A stretch of DNA of 64,000 bases from assembly GCF_001194135.2 (NCBI RefSeq), contig NC_068986.1, forward strand, positions 24,416,820 through 24,480,819, written 5' to 3'. Each line of letters opens with the position of its first letter. The stretch's first letter is position 1. The translations under genes were made by a program, and so were the position numbers. The notes below the pieces were generated by a model. That model was given only the letters and a program-made list of their open reading frames with translations, was not told where the DNA came from and searched no databases. Source of the stretch: Octopus bimaculoides. Its lineage: Eukaryota. Shown piece after piece: positions 1-12,458 of the stretch.

Positions 1-99
1 CGGACAAATCCACTACGTTAATTTTTTAAAGTCCAGTACATATTCTATCCCTCTTTTTTGCCGAAACTCTTCACTGCATTTTCAATACGTATATACAAT

Positions 100-189
100 C
101 AAACTCACACACACACACGTGAATTGACACCTGAACACACACGCATACATACACAGACGCACATGCAAGGCACACACACACACGCACAC

Positions 190-233
<44 letters not shown>
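100..233. repeat. (CA)n microsatellite, imperfect
   Basis: Direct reading. Confidence 0.95.
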
Positions 234-238
<5 letters not shown>

Positions 239-635
239 TATATTCCAGAGTAAGCAGATATATGTGAAACAAGGTGGGATAAAATATTACTCGATTACCG
301 GAGGTAGAGTAATATACTTTGTTATTAAAGCTGAAACCCATCACAAAAATATCACAAAAAACTACTACTCAGAGTTTCACGTTCCCGTTCNNNNNNNNNN
401 NNNNNNNNNNNNNNNNNNNNNNNNNNNNNNNNNNNNNNNNNNNNNNNNNNNNNNNNNNNNNNNNNNNNNNNNNNNNNNNNNNNNNNNNNNNNNNNNNNNN
501 NNNNNNNNNNNNNNNNNNNNNNNNNNNNNNNNNNNNNNNNNNNNNNNNNNNNNNNNNNNNNNNNNNNNNNNNNNNNNNNNNNNNNNNNNNNNNNNNNNNN
601 NNNNNNNNNNNNNNNNNNNNNNNNNNNATATATAT

Positions 636-778
636 AGGCTTCGTCACAGTATCCATCCACCAAATTTACACACAAGGTACTGAGTGTCCCAGGCCTAAAG
701 TAAAAGATACTTGAAAAAGGTGCTATGCAGTGGAGCTTAACCTAAGATCAGTTGTTGAGAACCACTCACCCATGCCTA
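636..778 (-). mobile_element. SINE family S2, degenerate 5' half
   Basis: Diverged match to the reverse complement of the S2 head and body seen at 36239-36686 (ccaaatttacacacaagg...aaggtgctatgcagtgg). Confidence 0.65.
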
Positions 779-999
779 TGGAAAACTCAAATGTGACTTC
801 CAGTTTTGACATCAATTGCTCAGATGTCATTGAACGCCCAGTCAAATTACTCATATGTTGCTATGCATACTGGAGAGCAACCACTTATTGATTTATTTAT
901 GTGGAAAGTTCAGAGCACCATATTTGTTTATCCTGGTGTTTTTGTAATTGGTTGCGTGTTTCCTCTCCCCGTTTTCTTTCCTCTTTTCATTGGTTTCTG

Positions 1000-1180
1000 T
1001 CCTCTCTCCTTTTGTTAGATGGGCGTAGGCTCGAAACTTCAAACACTTCTTCGAATTATTTTCTCAGTGTCAAACTAATACACCTTGGTGCTGTTCCCTC
1101 ATCTATCTCATCCCTTTGTCTTTTGTACAATTATGAAACATTTAGTTATTTGTTGCCCGTGGTTTGTTTCTTACAGGTTT
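1000..1180 (+). mobile_element. Degenerate copy of hammerhead-like (Penelope-associated) short repeat
   Basis: gggcgtaggctcgaaac at 1021-1037 and downstream tcaaactaatacac match the copies at 15902-16030 and 49570-49672. Confidence 0.6.
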
Positions 1181-2102
1181 CATCATACATTTTTTTTTCT
1201 TTCATTACCAATTATCTCTAAATGTTGTTAGATAAGATGGAAATTCGCTCTGGATTCACCATTATAGATATTATAAAGTACCAAAACTATACTTCCTTTT
1301 GTACTTTAAAAATGTTTCAAACAAGTCAACGCTTTTTCAGGTTAACTTTCACAATTTTATAGCCTTCAGATTTCCTCAACAAATTAGTAAAGAAATGGAT
1401 CTCCGTCAGTTTCTAGTATCAGAAATTTAACGCTTTCATTTTGAGAACTACCTTCTTACGCGATTCACATACAGCTGTTGGGTAATTTTACAGTCACGAG
1501 TTCGCTTAACGTAATTTCCAGGTAAGACCATCATAATTCGCTATGATGACACAGCTGGAATTTGAATTTTGGTACAGCCCATCAGACGAGCTTTAGCAAA
1601 GGTCCATTTGTTGCTTTCCCGTAGTTTTCCATATACTGCATTTTACTAGTCAGTTAAAGGTAAACCCCATGCTATGGTAAATAACACTTGAAGTGAGACA
1701 GAATCCTGGAGTGCATTATTGGGAAGAAGAATTCTTAACCATGTTAATTCCGATTGAAACAAAGCAGAATTTAATGAAACATACCGACGTATAATATATT
1801 TATATGTATATATATATAGGTGAATTAAGTTATAACAACCGTCTATGTGATACTTGTAATCCAATGAATCCCTGGTGTATTACCTATATTTAATCATGGG
1901 TATTGGTATTAATGCGCATAAATGGTAGATAATGACAACAATAATCTAAAGCATACCAATATTCGAAGAAAACAGAAAATGGAGGTAAAATTGATGAATA
2001 ACAACTGATTTACAACAATTATCATATACTAATTAATTACCAAAGACAGAAACTCAACTTACAGCTGTTTCCGTTAGCGTGATACTCAGATTTAACCACC
2101 CC

Positions 2103-2162
<60 letters not shown>
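2103..2162. repeat. (AAT)n microsatellite
   Basis: Direct reading. Confidence 0.97.
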
Positions 2163-2448
2163 CATTGTAAGTAATTAATTATACCAATTTGAATCACGGA
2201 ATGCTATCAGAGCGGAAAAGTAAATAAGATAAAAGTAAAAAGAAAAAGAAAAAGGAGAAAGTTAGAACGGCGATAATCAATTCGTGTTACATTCTGACCC
2301 ACTGGGAAACATTCGACTGACTAGAATTTAGAAATAAAATTGGGGTAATTGTAATATTTAGTGGTACATTTCTATACACGTATAGAAATAACTATATGAT
2401 AACTGATGTAAATCATTATTCATCATTTGTATCTCCATTTTCTGCTTT

Positions 2449-2484
<36 letters not shown>

Positions 2485-3467
2485 NNNNNNNNNNNNNNNN
2501 NNNNNNNNNNNNNNNNNNNNNNNNNNNNNNNNNNNNNNNNNNNNNNNNNNNNNNNNNNNNNNNNNNNNNNNNNNNNNNNNNNNNNNNNNNNNNNNNNNNN
2601 NNNNNNNNNNNNNNNNNNNNNNNNNNNNNNNNNNNNNNNNNNNNNNNNNNNNNNNNNNNNNNNNNNNNNNNNNNNNNNNNNNNNNNNNNNNNNNNNNNNN
2701 NNNNNNNNNNNNNNNNNNNNNNNNNNNNNNNNNNNNNNNNNNNNNNNNNNNNNNNNNNNNNNNNNNNNNNNNNNNNNNNNNNNNNNNNNNNNNNNNNNNN
2801 NNNNNNNNNNNNNNNNNNNNNNNNNNNNNNNNNNNNNNNNNNNNNNNNTTATATATGTATATATATATATATAGCAGAGGAAGAGACTTAGGTGAGGAGA
2901 AGAAGGGGGATTGATCAGGAGAAGTAGGAGAGACTGAATGACATATTAGTTAGCCATAGCTGGAAAAAAAGCCCCGCAATAGTTGATATGTATTGAAATG
3001 GATATTTTCGTTAGATACTCTTTCATGTAATTTGTTCGTTAATGGCGTATTCTTTTTCTTTGCATTAATCACTAGGATATTTGCATAAATCGTTAGAATT
3101 TTGGTCACTAGAAAAAATTATACGAAATTATACGTAATTATTCCAAATGACTACATCGCTTCAATTGATGCAAAACTATTAATACACTTTTGCTACTATG
3201 GGTGATATCAGGATATACGGTATACATACAATAAGTATAATTTGACTTTTATCAAATACTCCTGATAGCAAAAGAGTAATTTCTACTATTCTCAATAACA
3301 TTCGCATGCGAGTTCGCGATTGTAACACCTTTCTTGCAGTACATTAACAATATTAGTGACAGGTGGCTGTAATTTTGCAATAATGAAGAATAAGACGACA
3401 ACGATGGCGGCCGGCGCAGCAGCAGCTGGAAACGATGTTGTTGTTATTGTCGTCGTCGATGGTGATG

Positions 3468-3475
3468 ATGGTGAA

Positions 3476-3531
<56 letters not shown>
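3468..3531. repeat. (GAT)n microsatellite
   Basis: Direct reading; source of the poly-D, poly-M and poly-I pseudo-ORFs. Confidence 0.97.
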
Positions 3532-3532
<1 letters not shown>

Positions 3533-4297
3533 ACTCATTGTGATGGTGATCATGATGATGGAGACAAGTCATTCTATTGTGGAGACCTCGAGAAATATTC
3601 CCATCCAGTACTACTTAGTATTTATTATCTATTAATGCACGCAACAGTCCGGATAAATAGAGTTTAATTGTTTGACCTTTCCAATGATGAGAGCTATCCA
3701 TCAACAAGTAATCATCCTTATTGTTTCCATGAGATGTTAGAGTGAAGTGAGAGTCGCTCATACAGCGTCCTATTTCGTGACTCATGCTTGTTTCATCAGA
3801 ATGCTGAAAACAAAACGACATAGGTAGAATTTGAACACATAACATAAAGGACTACCATATACCAGCCTGAAATTTAAAGGACCTTATATATTCCACCTTG
3901 GTTACAACTCTGAATTGGCAATATCATTAGAGCATAGGAGAAACTGATTTGCAGCATTTCTTCGAAATTCTCATGTTGTCAGTACAAATCACACCAAGAT
4001 AAACTTTATTTCTCATCGCTAAAATAAAATATTAATCAAGTACTAATTAATGTCGATGGAATAGAAAAATCTTCCCCCCTTAAAAATGGCTGACTTATGC
4101 TTAAATCAGAAATCGTTATATGGTGTAACATGTATACACAAATGATGCTGGTTACATATATTCAAGGGACAGACGTATTCTTCCCTGAATTTCTATACAA
4201 AGAATGTATTAAGGGAATCCTTTATATTTTGCCGAAGTATGCTTATTTCACCGATAAACATTAAACATTAATGAAAGACGCTGACAAACAAGAACAC

Positions 4298-4336
<39 letters not shown>

Positions 4337-4961
4337 TGTGTGTGNNNNNNNNNNNNNNNNNNNNNNNNNNNNNNNNNNNNNNNNNNNNNNNNNNNNNNNN
4401 NNNNNNNNNNNNNNNNNNNNNNNNNNNNNNNNNNNNNNNNNNNNNNNNNNNNNNNNNNNNNNNNNNNNNNNNNNNNNNNNNNNNNNNNNNNNNNNNNNNN
4501 NNNNNNNNNNNNNNNNNNNNNNNNNNNNNNNNNNNNNNNNNNNNNNNNNNNNNNNNNNNNNNNNNNNNNNNNNNNNNNNNNNNNNNNNNNNNNNNNNNNN
4601 NNNNNNNNNNNNNNNNNNNNNNNNNNNNNNNNNNNNNNNNNNNNNNNNNNNNNNNNNNNNNNNNNNNNNNNNNNNNNNNNNNNNNNNNNNNNNNNNNNNN
4701 NNNNNNNNNNNNNNNNNNNNNNNNNNNNNNNNNNNNNNNNNNNNNNNNNNNNNNNNNNNNNNNNNNNNNNNNNNNNNNNNNNNNNNNNNNNNNNNNNNNN
4801 NNNNNNNNNNNNNNNNNNNNNNNNNNNNNNNGGAAGAAAGAAAGAAAGAAACTCAATGTGCGCAGCAATCCGGATAAACAAAGTTTAATTGCATGACATT
4901 TCCAATGATGAGAAATATCCATCATCCAGTAATCAGTTCTATATACATGCATATATATATG

Positions 4962-5064
<103 letters not shown>

Positions 5065-5374
5065 GAAGCATTTACATGATTGCAAGGGGAATAGACTAGG
5101 AACCGTATAAAACACAAAGATTTCTGCCATACAATATCTGTTTAAGATATATTACTTTTGATAAAATCCTGAATATTTCTAAATGTATTTGATGGCTTTA
5201 GCATAATCTCCATCAGCCACATTCCTCTCACAAAATACTGGTCATACCAAGGCTTGGCAAGTAACTCCTGAAATGATGGGCACAGAATGGAGCATTTCAG
5301 GATCGAATCGCCAATTTCTTCACCATTCCTCTTTAGCATAAGATTAGAACGATATAACTATGTTGAATAAAGCA

Positions 5375-5633
5375 ACTGGATTCAGAAAAACATTCCGTCG
5401 TGCATATGCAAGAATGTATGTTCCTCAAGAAGCCCCGATCTCAACTTATGGACTTTTCTGCTTGGTCCATTTTGGAGACGAGGGCTTCGAGCTATCTTCA
5501 TGCGTCGCCCGGCGCTCTGAAAGCAACACTGCGCCAGGAATGGGCTTCGATTCTGCACGAACTGCTGCGTGACACGTGTGAGACATTCGCATCTAGACTT
5601 AAGGCTATTATTCGAAACAGAGGTGGTCATATA
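5375..5633 (+). mobile_element. IS630-Tc1-mariner (DD37D/maT-like) transposase C-terminal fragment, frameshifted
   Basis: Translates NWIQKNIPSCICKNVCSSRSPDLN/(fs)/MDFSAWSILETRASSYLHASPGALKATLRQEWASILHELLRDTCETFASRLKAIIRNRGGHI, matching the SPDLNP.D..W..L and RL.A.I...GG C-terminus of this superfamily. Confidence 0.9.
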
Positions 5634-5639
5634 CTCTTT

Positions 5640-5893
5640 ATTCGTTTACGCTTTTACTTGTTTCAGTCATTTGACTGCGGCCATGCTGGAGCACCACCTT
5701 TAGTCGAGAAAATCGACCCCATGACTTGCATTTTGTAACCCTAGTACTTATTCTGTCGGTTTCCTTTGCCGAACCGCTATGTTACGTGGACGTAAACACA
5801 ACACTATCGGTTGTCAAGCGATGTCGGTGGGGGGATAAACACATGCACACAAAGATATACACACACATACATACATATATATATATATATATA
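5640..5893 (-). mobile_element. SINE family S2, 3' half (runs into gap)
   Basis: ttttacttgtttcagtcatttgactgcggccatgctggagcacc...ggttgtcaagcgatg is the reverse complement of the S2 3' half at 36500-36686. Confidence 0.9.
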
Positions 5894-6496
5894 NNNNNNN
5901 NNNNNNNNNNNNNNNNNNNNNNNNNNNNNNNNNNNNNNNNNNNNNNNNNNNNNNNNNNNNNNNNNNNNNNNNNNNNNNNNNNNNNNNNNNNNNNNNNNNN
6001 NNNNNNNNNNNNNNNNNNNNNNNNNNNNNNNNNNNNNNNNNNNNNNNNNNNNNNNNNNNNNNNNNNNNNNNNNNNNNNNNNNNNNNNNNNNNNNNNNNNN
6101 NNNNNNNNNNNNNNNNNNNNNNNNNNNNNNNNNNNNNNNNNNNNNNNNNNNNNNNNNNNNNNNNNNNNNNNNNNNNNNNNNNNNNNNNNNNNNNNNNNNN
6201 NNNNNNNNGTGTCATGATTGTGTTTCCTTCACCATAGCATTGCAACGCTCGGATCTGAAATATGAAAATAGTTTGCTTTGACAAAATTTAAAATAGTTGG
6301 TTGCCTTAAATTTGAGACACCCTCCACTATGGTCAATAAATCAATTGGATCACTGAAAGAAAAAATGTATTTTGCTTAATTTATGCTTAAACATAAATGT
6401 ATCTACTTTAATTGGACAGTGTGAGTTAATATAATTGTAAACAAATTCAATGGAAGTAATATAAGTGAGTAGCGGGTTTGTACCCAGTGTGTTGCA

Positions 6497-6660
6497 TTTT
6501 GGGCATTCTATCAATGTGCCATTGGAACACCAACACAAGTTAGATTAACTAAGGAAACCTTCTTCATTGAAAAATATAAGCCAAAACTTAACTATTTCTA
6601 ATATTTTAAAATAAGGAAACTCACCTCATTGAAAAAAATATAAAACAAAACCTAACCACT
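6497..6660 (+). mobile_element. Penelope-like element GIY-YIG endonuclease C-terminal remnant plus degenerate 62-bp duplicate
   Basis: 6497-6601 reads FWAFYQCAIGTPTQVRLTKETFFIEKYKPKLNYF*, carrying the R..KE..FI....P.LN terminus typical of PLE GIY-YIG domains; taaggaaac...cattgaaaaa recurs at 6550 and 6612. Confidence 0.6.
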
Positions 6661-6711
6661 TGTAACATTCTATTCCTTCTACACCAAATCATGTTAAATT
6701 AATAAAACCTA

Positions 6712-6835
6712 GTCATTCCCAACATTTTTGATTATCTCCCTTATATCGGAAAAATCCCTGATTACCTTCCCCTGTCATTCCCAACAGTTTTGTTTATCTC
6801 CCTTATACCGGAAATATCCCTGATTACCTTCTCCA
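6712..6835. repeat. 62-bp tandem duplication (2 copies)
   Basis: gtcattcccaaca..ttttg.ttatctcccttata.cggaaa.atccctgattaccttc starts at 6712 and at 6774. Confidence 0.92.
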
Positions 6836-7044
6836 TATTTCACAACATGCCGAAGATATGACACAATATAGGTGAAGACATTTGAGAAATTTGAAAAGAA
6901 AATACGAAACCGGTTATTTCTCTAAAAACAACGGTTACTATACGCAAAATTTTATAACATTTTTCTTACATAACGATTTAAATATATTCTTTAACAATAC
7001 AACACAAGCGTTCTGTAGTTATATTCATTCTATTTTCTCTTTTG

Positions 7045-7079
<35 letters not shown>

Positions 7080-7084
7080 AAATA

Positions 7085-7180
<96 letters not shown>

Positions 7181-7228
7181 ATTTTTATGTGTACATCTGT
7201 GCACATATGAAAGCATTCATGCGCGCAA

Positions 7229-7268
<40 letters not shown>

Positions 7269-7275
7269 ATATATA
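7045..7275. repeat. Compound (TA)n/(GT)n/(CA)n microsatellite
   Basis: Direct reading. Confidence 0.95.
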
Positions 7276-7665
7276 TATACTTCTGCGCGTGTGAGTGTGT
7301 ATGCATATATGTATGTGTGCATGCTTGCATGCGTGTATCTGACAATGATAATATTTATTTGGTTGCAATATAAATATGTTAGGAACTTATTAAGCAAACA
7401 GAATTCCGACGCTTCAGGCCTGTATAATATATATTTCCTTGAAATAATCTTGAGTTGAAATAGTTCCAAGAAATTGAAGCTTTGGAAGTCATAAGGCTTC
7501 AAGAGTCCTCTGGAATCTCCTTCAAAATTTCAGTGTACAATGTGTACAGATGCACATATTCAGAAACATACCCGCACGCACGTACACCCACAGAAACACA
7601 TTCAAACATAAACACATGCATATATACATACATATATACACATACCCCATGCATGTTCGTATACA

Positions 7666-7708
<43 letters not shown>

Positions 7709-8164
7709 ACACACACACACACACACANNNNNNNNNNNNNNNNNNNNNNNNNNNNNNNNNNNNNNNNNNNNNNNNNNNNNNNNNNNNNNNNNNNNNNNNN
7801 NNNNNNNNNNNNNNNNNNNNNNNNNNNNNNNNNNNNNNNNNNNNNNNNNNNNNNNNNNNNNNNNNNNNNNNNNNNNNNNNNNNNNNNNNNNNNNNNNNNN
7901 NNNNNNNNNNNNNNNNNNNNNNNNNNNNNNNNNNNNNNNNNNNNNNNNNNNNNNNNNNNNNNNNNNNNNNNNNNNNNNNNNNNNNNNNNNNNNNNNNNNN
8001 NNNNNNNNNNNNNNNNNNNNNNNNNNNNNNNNNNNNNNNNNNNNNNNNNNNNNNNNNNNNNNNNNNNNNNNNNNNNNNNNNNNNNNNNNNNNNNNNACAT
8101 ATATATATATATGTATGTAAGTATATATATATGTGCATATACACTTTTATGTTCAGGCATATAT

Positions 8165-8196
<32 letters not shown>

Positions 8197-8429
8197 CTGT
8201 TTGTGTATCTGTGTCTGTATGTGTGTGTGTGCATGTTCTTTTGTGTGTATGTGTGTGTGCGTGCGTGTGCGTTTGCGTGTGTATGTGCGTGTGCCAATGT
8301 AGGAAAATGTAAGAGAAATGCCAAGTGATGACGAATTTCAATTTCTTTTTGAGAAAGGAAACTGGAAAAGATGGAGAAATATCGAAGACCATACACAGAC
8401 ATGCGCATGCGCGTACACACACATACATA

Positions 8430-8643
<214 letters not shown>

Positions 8644-9032
8644 TGGCACACGTATTCCCACACACGTATGTATATATGGAATCCTGAAAAATATTAATTA
8701 TTACAGAAAGATATCACGATCTGGTTGATTTATGTGTTATTTACGACATTTACAACCTCACATTGGTGAACAATAATTTTGTTTTAAGCATTTTTGGAAG
8801 GTTTCCATATTGATATAAATTGGATAAATATTAAGCACTGAACAAACTCAAAAATATAATTTAATCTAAAGTGTGATATATAGTATTATATATGTATAGT
8901 TGTAGTACTTCAAAGAAATGTAGATTGATATATCCCTGTCTACTATTTTTTGTGTGTTTTTCTGCCTATCTGTCTATGCTATTGTGATGTCTTTACACTC
9001 TCACTTTCAGATAAATTTATACAGGCATACAT

Positions 9033-9073
<41 letters not shown>

Positions 9074-9468
9074 TACATACAACTGATTCCTACGTTACAA
9101 ATACAACTTGTAAGCGGAACTGTAAAATTATTGTAGAAATTTCTCGGGTTTGAAATGTGACAATGTTTTACTTATCTACATTCCAAAGATGGAGCTTTGT
9201 ATCTTTGTATCTTTGTTAGAGACCAGCTCCTTCTTCAGAGGAGGAATTTAAATGGTGAAAAACAAAAGAGACATGCATGCATACGTATATACCTACCTAC
9301 CTACATATATACAGGCATACATACAGCTTTTGAATGTCGCATTGTATCACTCAGGCAACGTGTGATAAACAGTAAAATCATAAAGGAGTATATACAATGC
9401 ATACACAAAACAGAGAGCAACAACATTTGCAGAGTTGAAGAAATACTGCGCAGCTAATTTGCGAATAC

Positions 9469-9499
<31 letters not shown>

Positions 9500-9855
9500 C
9501 ACACACAGACACACACACACACATTCACCACACACACACACATATACACNNNNNNNNNNNNNNNNNNNNNNNNNNNNNNNNNNNNNNNNNNNNNNNNNNN
9601 NNNNNNNNNNNNNNNNNNNNNNNNNNNNNNNNNNNNNNNNNNNNNNNNNNNNNNNNNNNNNNNNNNNNNNNNNNNNNNNNNNNNNNNNNNNNNNNNNNNN
9701 NNNNNNNNNNNNNNNNNNNNNNNNNNNNNNNNNNNNNNNNNNNNNNNNNNNNNNNNNNNNNNNNNNNNNNNNNNNNNNNNNNNNNNNNNNNNNNNNNNNN
9801 NNNNNNNNNNNNNNNNNNNNNNNNNNNNNNNNNNNNNNNNNNNNNNNNNNNNNNN

Positions 9856-9900
<45 letters not shown>

Positions 9901-9929
9901 CATATATATATATCTATATATATTCGTAT

Positions 9930-10025
9930 TTATATACGACGTGCTTCTTTCAGTTTCTGTCTACCGAATCCACTCACAAAGCTTTGGTCGGTCCCAAGCT
10001 ATAGCAAACGACACTCGCTCAAGAT
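9930..10025 (-). mobile_element. SINE family S2, central fragment
   Basis: cttctttcagtttctgtctaccgaatccactcacaaagctttggtcgg matches 52820-52880. Confidence 0.85.
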
Positions 10026-10054
10026 AACACACACACGCACGCACACGCACACAA

Positions 10055-10087
<33 letters not shown>

Positions 10088-11549
10088 AACATATTATTGA
10101 CGTCGTACGATTTTTGAGGTTTTCTTATTATCAAGGAAATTATTTTGTGTCTTAATACGTCAAACTAGGCCTCAAAACTAGTATCGTTTTGGAGAAAGCT
10201 TCTTTCTGATATGTATAGTACTAATATTGACAAAAGCAGATGAAAATTGTCGAGCAATGGAGGTAGATTTGCTGAATGACTAATTCTGTGTCTTGAAACG
10301 ATATCAATATCTACCATCAACCGCTTGCTTAAACACCTCTCACTTTTACTGGTATAGAAAAACACTGATAAACACATCACTGCCTTTGCAATTTGCTGGC
10401 GTAAATTTTTTATTAATGACGAAGGCATTAATGCATACATACGTGCATACATACGTGCATACATAAGCATACACACACATACAGACACAGACACACACAC
10501 ACACACGCACACACATAGTTTACTAATATAGGGGTGACATAAAAAGTACTCCATCACTCAATGAGAAATGTTTGTATTTATTGACCTTGCAGTATATGTC
10601 TGTGTGTGAATGTATAATGCATACGATAGAGCACATAAAAGGGGGTTGATAAATTCGAGTTCAATCCTCAATCAGTACCCATCTTTATATCGGTTCACAG
10701 AGTGTTTCGCAGTTGCATTTTCAGCGTCCATGCGAAAATCGCGTTGCGTTGGCAAGGATATCCTGATACATATGAACAACATGTTTCAGTATCTCGAGAC
10801 TCGGGTTACGCTTATTGTATTCCCTAACGTTGATACACACGCATACACACACACACATGCACATACAAAGACAGACATACACACATACAGACACATAGAC
10901 ATGCACATGCGCACACACATACATGCGCGTGCGCTTTTCAGTTTAGTGTTGCCAGCAGATAGTGAGATCTCAGGAGTGTACGCAATTTCTCTACGTCACT
11001 TTTCAGAACGACCTTTTATGCCTATTTTATATTCACATATGTATATATGCCTTCATCCTCTCTTCCTTCTTTTGAATGTTTCTTATTTGGATTACTGCTT
11101 TTTAAACGAAATTTTGTACCAGCAACATGAATGCTTTAGCAGACTATAACAATTCGACTCATGTGAAATATAATATGTATCCACGACACATACGTAGAAA
11201 GATGCTGGCTTAGTTTTTCATTACCTCAAGTAACTTTAATATCTTCAACGTATGGAAGGGTTTGCAAACAGGCTCTTGGAAAGTCTGTACTGAAAATATC
11301 TCACTTATTCAAGTGTGTAGTAGTCAATTAAATAAAAATCCTTTTATCGACTTGGAAGCTATCAAAACACTCACTTAGCAGTGGTCGATATAACTGCATG
11401 GTTGTCACTAAAATTTCTAATTGGAAACCACTTGAAAGTTAAGATCCACTCTCTTCTGCCTTCATAATGGAAGTCTTTAATCTGCTCTCTGTACTATGGA
11501 CACAGACATGCATTGCAGAAATAGATCGAACAATTATGCAACGGTAATT

Positions 11550-11580
<31 letters not shown>

Positions 11581-12404
11581 GACTCTTTCCCTGTAGCTTT
11601 CCCTCTCCTTCCTCTTTCTCTCCCTCGCTGTCTCTCTCATATTACGGNNNNNNNNNNNNNNNNNNNNNNNNNNNNNNNNNNNNNNNNNNNNNNNNNNNNN
11701 NNNNNNNNNNNNNNNNNNNNNNNNNNNNNNNNNNNNNNNNNNNNNNNNNNNNNNNNNNNNNNNNNNNNNNNNNNNNNNNNNNNNNNNNNNNNNNNNNNNN
11801 NNNNNNNNNNNNNNNNNNNNNNNNNNNNNNNNNNNNNNNNNNNNNNNNNNNNNNNNNNNNNNNNNNNNNNNNNNNNNNNNNNNNNNNNNNNNNNNNNNNN
11901 NNNNNNNNNNNNNNNNNNNNNNNNNNNNNNNNNNNNNNNNNNNNNNNNNNNNNNNNNNNNNNNNNNNNNNNNNNNNNNNNNNNNNNNNNNNNNNNNNNNN
12001 NNNNNNNNNNNNNNNNNNNNNNNNNNNNNNNNNNNNNNNNNNNNNNNNNNNNNNNNNNNNNNNNNNNNNNNNNNNNNNNNNNNNNNNNNNNNNNNNNNNN
12101 NNNNNNNNNNNNNNNNNNNNNNNNNNNNNNNNNNNNNNNNNNNNNNNNNNNNNNNNNNNNNNNNNNNNNNNNNNNNNNNNNNNNNNNNNNNNNNNNNNNN
12201 NNNNNNNNNNNNNNNNNNNNNNNNNNNNNNNNNNNNNNNNNNNNNNNNNNNNNNNNNNNNNNNNNNNNNNNNNNNNNNNNNNNNNNNNNNNNNNNNNNNN
12301 NNNNNNNNNNNNNNNNNNNNNNNNNNNNNNNNNNNNNNNNNNNNNNNNNNNNNNNNNNNNNNNNNNNNNNNNNNNNNNNNNNNNNNNNNNNNNNNNNNNN
12401 NNNN

Positions 12405-12458
12405 GGGTGCCCCAGCATGGCCGCACTCTCACAACCGAAGCAAGTAAAAGATAAAAGA
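12405..12458 (+). mobile_element. SINE family S2, 3' tail emerging from gap
   Basis: ggtgccccagcatggccgca...gaagcaagtaaaagataaaaga matches the S2 3' end. Confidence 0.7.

Noticed and set aside
1520-1640. Minus-strand peptide KWTFAKARLM resembling a TRP box (WKFAR)
   Set aside because: Short frame bounded by stops, no good splice sites, and no similarity beyond 9 residues
3353-3667. Poly-Asp ORF with an Ala-rich leader
   Set aside because: Driven by a (GAT)n array; no domain or splice support
3760-3840. Minus-strand CTGATGA...GAAA spacing like a hammerhead
   Set aside because: Helix II does not pair and the cleavage position would be G
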